64,000 bases of DNA from Acidothermaceae bacterium (GTDB taxonomy: Bacteria > Actinomycetota > Actinomycetes > Acidothermales > Acidothermaceae), in assembly GCA_036509315.1 (NCBI GenBank), contig DATCFU010000198.1:2107-66106 (forward strand), written 5' to 3'. Under the pieces are notes generated by a model that did no database searches, was not told where the DNA came from, and saw nothing but the letters and a program-made list of their open reading frames with translations. How positions within the stretch are numbered: position 1 is the stretch's first letter; each line of letters begins with the position of its first letter. A program made the position numbers and the translations under genes. Positions 61,667 through 64,000 of this stretch are shown here, in pieces.

Positions 61667-63343
61667 TTGATGTCGTCGAGTCCACGCGTGCTCCGGTGCC
61701 TCCGTGGCGGGGTTGCTGCGATCACCGTGGCTGGCGGCTGCCTCATCGCCGCGTCGGGTGGCGCGGCGGCGGCGCCCACCGCCGTCCGTGCCTTCGTGCC
61801 TTCGGCGCTACCTGCTGCGTTGCCCTCGAACGTGCAGCGCATTTCGGGCGCGAGCCGGTTCGATACCGCCATCGCGACGTCTCGGGACGAGTTCCCTCTC
61901 GATGGCAGCGCTGCGGCCGTCGTGCTCACCCGCGCCGACACCTATCCCGACGCCCTGGCGGGTGTACCGCTGGCGGCCAAGGTGGGTGGTCCGCTGCTGT
62001 TGACGTCGTCCAACTCCCTGAGCGCCGCGGTTCGCGCCGAGATCGTCCGCGTGCTGCCCGCCGGTGGCCAGGTCTACATCCTGGGCGGGACGTCGGCGGT
62101 GAGCGCTGCGGTCGAGACCACGATCACCGGCCTCGGGTTTGTCGTGCATCGCCTTGCCGGTGCCAACCGATTCGCGACCGCGGTTGCCGTAGCTGGCGCG
62201 CTCGGCAATCCGACAACGGTGCTCGAGGCAACCGGCTTGAACTTCCCTGACGCTCTCGCCGGTGGTCCGGCGGCAATCGAAGACGGCGCCGCGATCCTGC
62301 TCACCAATGGCAAGGTGCAGGCGGCAGAGACCAGCGCGTACCTTGCCGCACACACCGGAGGGTCTCACTTCGCTCTCGGAGGCCCGGCAGCCGCGGCCGA
62401 CCCGTCGGCCGTCGCGATCTCGGGCGACGACCGCTACCAGACGGCAGCGCAGGTGGCGGAGACCTTCTTCCACACACCCGACGTCGCCGGTATTGCGACC
62501 GGCACCAACTTCCCTGACGCGCTCGCCGCCGGCCCCGACCTCGCTTCCAAGGATGCGCCGCTGCTGCTCGTGCCGCCTGCGGGCGTGCTGCCGTCAGGGA
62601 CTACGGGCCAGCTGATCAAGTACGCGCAGACGCTTCGCAGCGCTTTGGTCTTCGGAGGTACCGCGTCGGTGGCCGACAGTGTCGCTGCCCAGGTCGGCAC
62701 GTTAGCGAACTTGAGCGCGACGGCCACGACCGCGTCGACGTCGCCCACCTTTAGCGGTCAGTTCGGCATCCTGAGCACGCACCTGCACACCAACGCGGGC
62801 GTGGCCAACACGACCCAGGTATTCGACGGCAGCGCTGGCAGTTCGACGCTCTACACGCAGGGCATGGGCTCGAAGGTCATCCCAGGTACGGCGACCCGCG
62901 CCGACTTCAACGCCTTCCCAACCAACAACTCGGGCGCGCTGGAGTCGGCGGTCAATACCGCGTTCGCCGCGGTGTACGCGTCGGAGGGCTACAAGTCGAC
63001 CGATGCCGGTGCGCAGTTCCTGGTCAACGCCGAGCAGGTGTTACTGAACCCGCTCGCGTCACCGACACTGCGTCTCGCGGTGTACGTCGCGCTGCTCAAC
63101 TCGCCGGGCACCACCGCCACGTCGGGTGCCAAGGACGCGAACGGCCGTGTCGGTGTCGCCATTTCCGGCACGATCAGCGGCAATGGCAGCCTCACCCCAG
63201 AGCAGCTCTCGTACATCTTCGATCCGACCACGGGCAACCTGCTCGAGGACGACATCTTGGGTGGGGGTGTCGTGCTCGTGTCCAGTACCGTGACCACCTT
63301 CGCAACAGCCAGTACGGCGCCTGGGGACCCCTACCCGAACTGA
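61667..63343 (+). CDS. secreted protein with three cell-wall-binding-repeat-2 (CWB2)-like modules and an unassigned C-terminal domain
   Basis: Signal peptide, then three repeats of the pattern R(F/Y)xTA...(YPDALAG/FPDALAG/FPDALAA)GP...PLLL. These are RISGASRFDTAIA..TYPDALAGVPLAAKVGGPLLLT, RLAGANRFATAVA..NFPDALAGGPAAIEDGAAILLT and ISGDDRYQTAAQ..NFPDALAAGPDLASKDAPLLLV. The last roughly 220 aa match nothing I recognise. Confidence 0.65.
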   Translation: MMSSSPRVLRCLRGGVAAITVAGGCLIAASGGAAAAPTAVRAFVPSALPAALPSNVQRISGASRFDTAIATSRDEFPLDGSAAAVVLTRADTYPDALAGVPLAAKVGGPLLLTSSNSLSAAVRAEIVRVLPAGGQVYILGGTSAVSAAVETTITGLGFVVHRLAGANRFATAVAVAGALGNPTTVLEATGLNFPDALAGGPAAIEDGAAILLTNGKVQAAETSAYLAAHTGGSHFALGGPAAAADPSAVAISGDDRYQTAAQVAETFFHTPDVAGIATGTNFPDALAAGPDLASKDAPLLLVPPAGVLPSGTTGQLIKYAQTLRSALVFGGTASVADSVAAQVGTLANLSATATTASTSPTFSGQFGILSTHLHTNAGVANTTQVFDGSAGSSTLYTQGMGSKVIPGTATRADFNAFPTNNSGALESAVNTAFAAVYASEGYKSTDAGAQFLVNAEQVLLNPLASPTLRLAVYVALLNSPGTTATSGAKDANGRVGVAISGTISGNGSLTPEQLSYIFDPTTGNLLEDDILGGGVVLVSSTVTTFATASTAPGDPYPN

Positions 63344-63421
63344 GACCGTCAAACTGCAAAGTTCACCGCAGTCGGGTGCCGCTGCGGCCGATTGATTGCG
63401 GCTAGCTGATGAGGAGCACCG

Positions 63422-64000
63422 ATGGCCCTGCGCATCGTCATCGGTGCGATCGCCACGGCCGTCGCGTTCGGGCTGACCGGCCGTCGCTTGTGGTGGTTGT
63501 TCCGGCTGATCCGGTCAGGGCAACCAGCAATAGATCGGGCCGGACGTCGATCAGCTGGCGCTGCTGATCAGGGCCCGAACGTGAAGGGCCTAGCCACAAA
63601 TGTGAAGGGCCCAGGGGCCGAGCTGACCGAGGTCATCGGTCAACGCAAGCTGCTGGCGTGGACGATCCCCGGCCTTGCACACGCGGTCACGTTCTGGGCG
63701 TTCCTCGTCCTTGGACTCACCATCGTTGAGGCGTACGGCGCGCTGTTCAAGGCGAACTTCGGGATCGGCGAGTGGGCCGGACTCGGGTTCATCGAAGACC
63801 TGTTCGCGACCCTTGTGCTCGTTGCTTTGGTCGTGTTCACCAAGATTCGATTCTTCAATCGCGAGTCGCGCCGTGGCCGCGCATCACGCTTCTACGGCTC
63901 GCACAGCCGCGCTGCGTGGGTGATCCTCGGCATGATCTTCGCTGTGATCGCGACGTTGCTGCTGTATCGCGGCGCACAGATGAATACCGGTAACTTCCCC
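63422..64000 (+). CDS. membrane-anchored (Fe-S)-binding/heterodisulfide-reductase-like oxidoreductase, N-terminal part (runs off the window)
   Basis: It is not in the ORF track because it has no stop in the window. My translation from ATG 63422, which follows GAGGAG, gives MALRIVIGAIATAVAFGLTGRRLWWLFRLIRSG...LLAWTIPGLAHAVTFWAFLVLGLTIVEAYGALF. This resembles the TM N-terminus of Rv0338c-type proteins. The assignment is from memory only. Confidence 0.5.
   Translation, partial: MALRIVIGAIATAVAFGLTGRRLWWLFRLIRSGQPAIDRAGRRSAGAADQGPNVKGLATNVKGPGAELTEVIGQRKLLAWTIPGLAHAVTFWAFLVLGLTIVEAYGALFKANFGIGEWAGLGFIEDLFATLVLVALVVFTKIRFFNRESRRGRASRFYGSHSRAAWVILGMIFAVIATLLLYRGAQMNTGNFP

Overview
High-GC actinobacterial chromosome segment centred on the replication origin. 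The minus strand carries recF-gnd-dnaN-[oriC]-dnaA. Divergent from it is rpmH-rnpA-yidD-yidC-jag-rsmG-parA-parB. Next comes the conserved envelope/redox block: cwlM, trxA, trxB, an anti-sigma/SigM-like pair, a pseudokinase, murJ, an Rv3909-like protein, a NUDIX hydrolase and cca. Then follow ino1/PadR, rpsF-ssb-rpsR-rplI, the purine genes purC, purB, purD and purA, fbaA, dedA, an ABC-2 exporter, pyrE, and dnaK-grpE-dnaJ-hspR-clpB. I support about 60 CDS. Many longest-ORF calls in the track were trimmed to internal starts. rpmH, recF and a 3' partial Fe-S oxidoreductase were added by my own translation. I saw no rRNA, tRNA, CRISPR array, transposase or integrase. The window is overwhelmingly core housekeeping, and I did not find a convincing new multi-gene system. 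The most unusual signal is a set of three roughly 86-89 % identical copies of an unclassified 74-nt intergenic element with a conserved central hairpin, lying around purA, DUF3151/DUF559, fbaA and dedA. Smaller items are perfect tandem repeats at 8348 and 44921, two parS sites inside the nominal parA ORF, a murJ/pseudokinase pair split by an NlpC/P60 cassette, a translationally coupled aminotransferase-Ddl pair, and DnaA-box-like direct repeats upstream of rpsF. Coordinates of non-ORF features were counted by hand and cross-checked against ORF-track frames, so they may be off by 1-2 nt. All family assignments come from motif recognition by eye, not from database searches.
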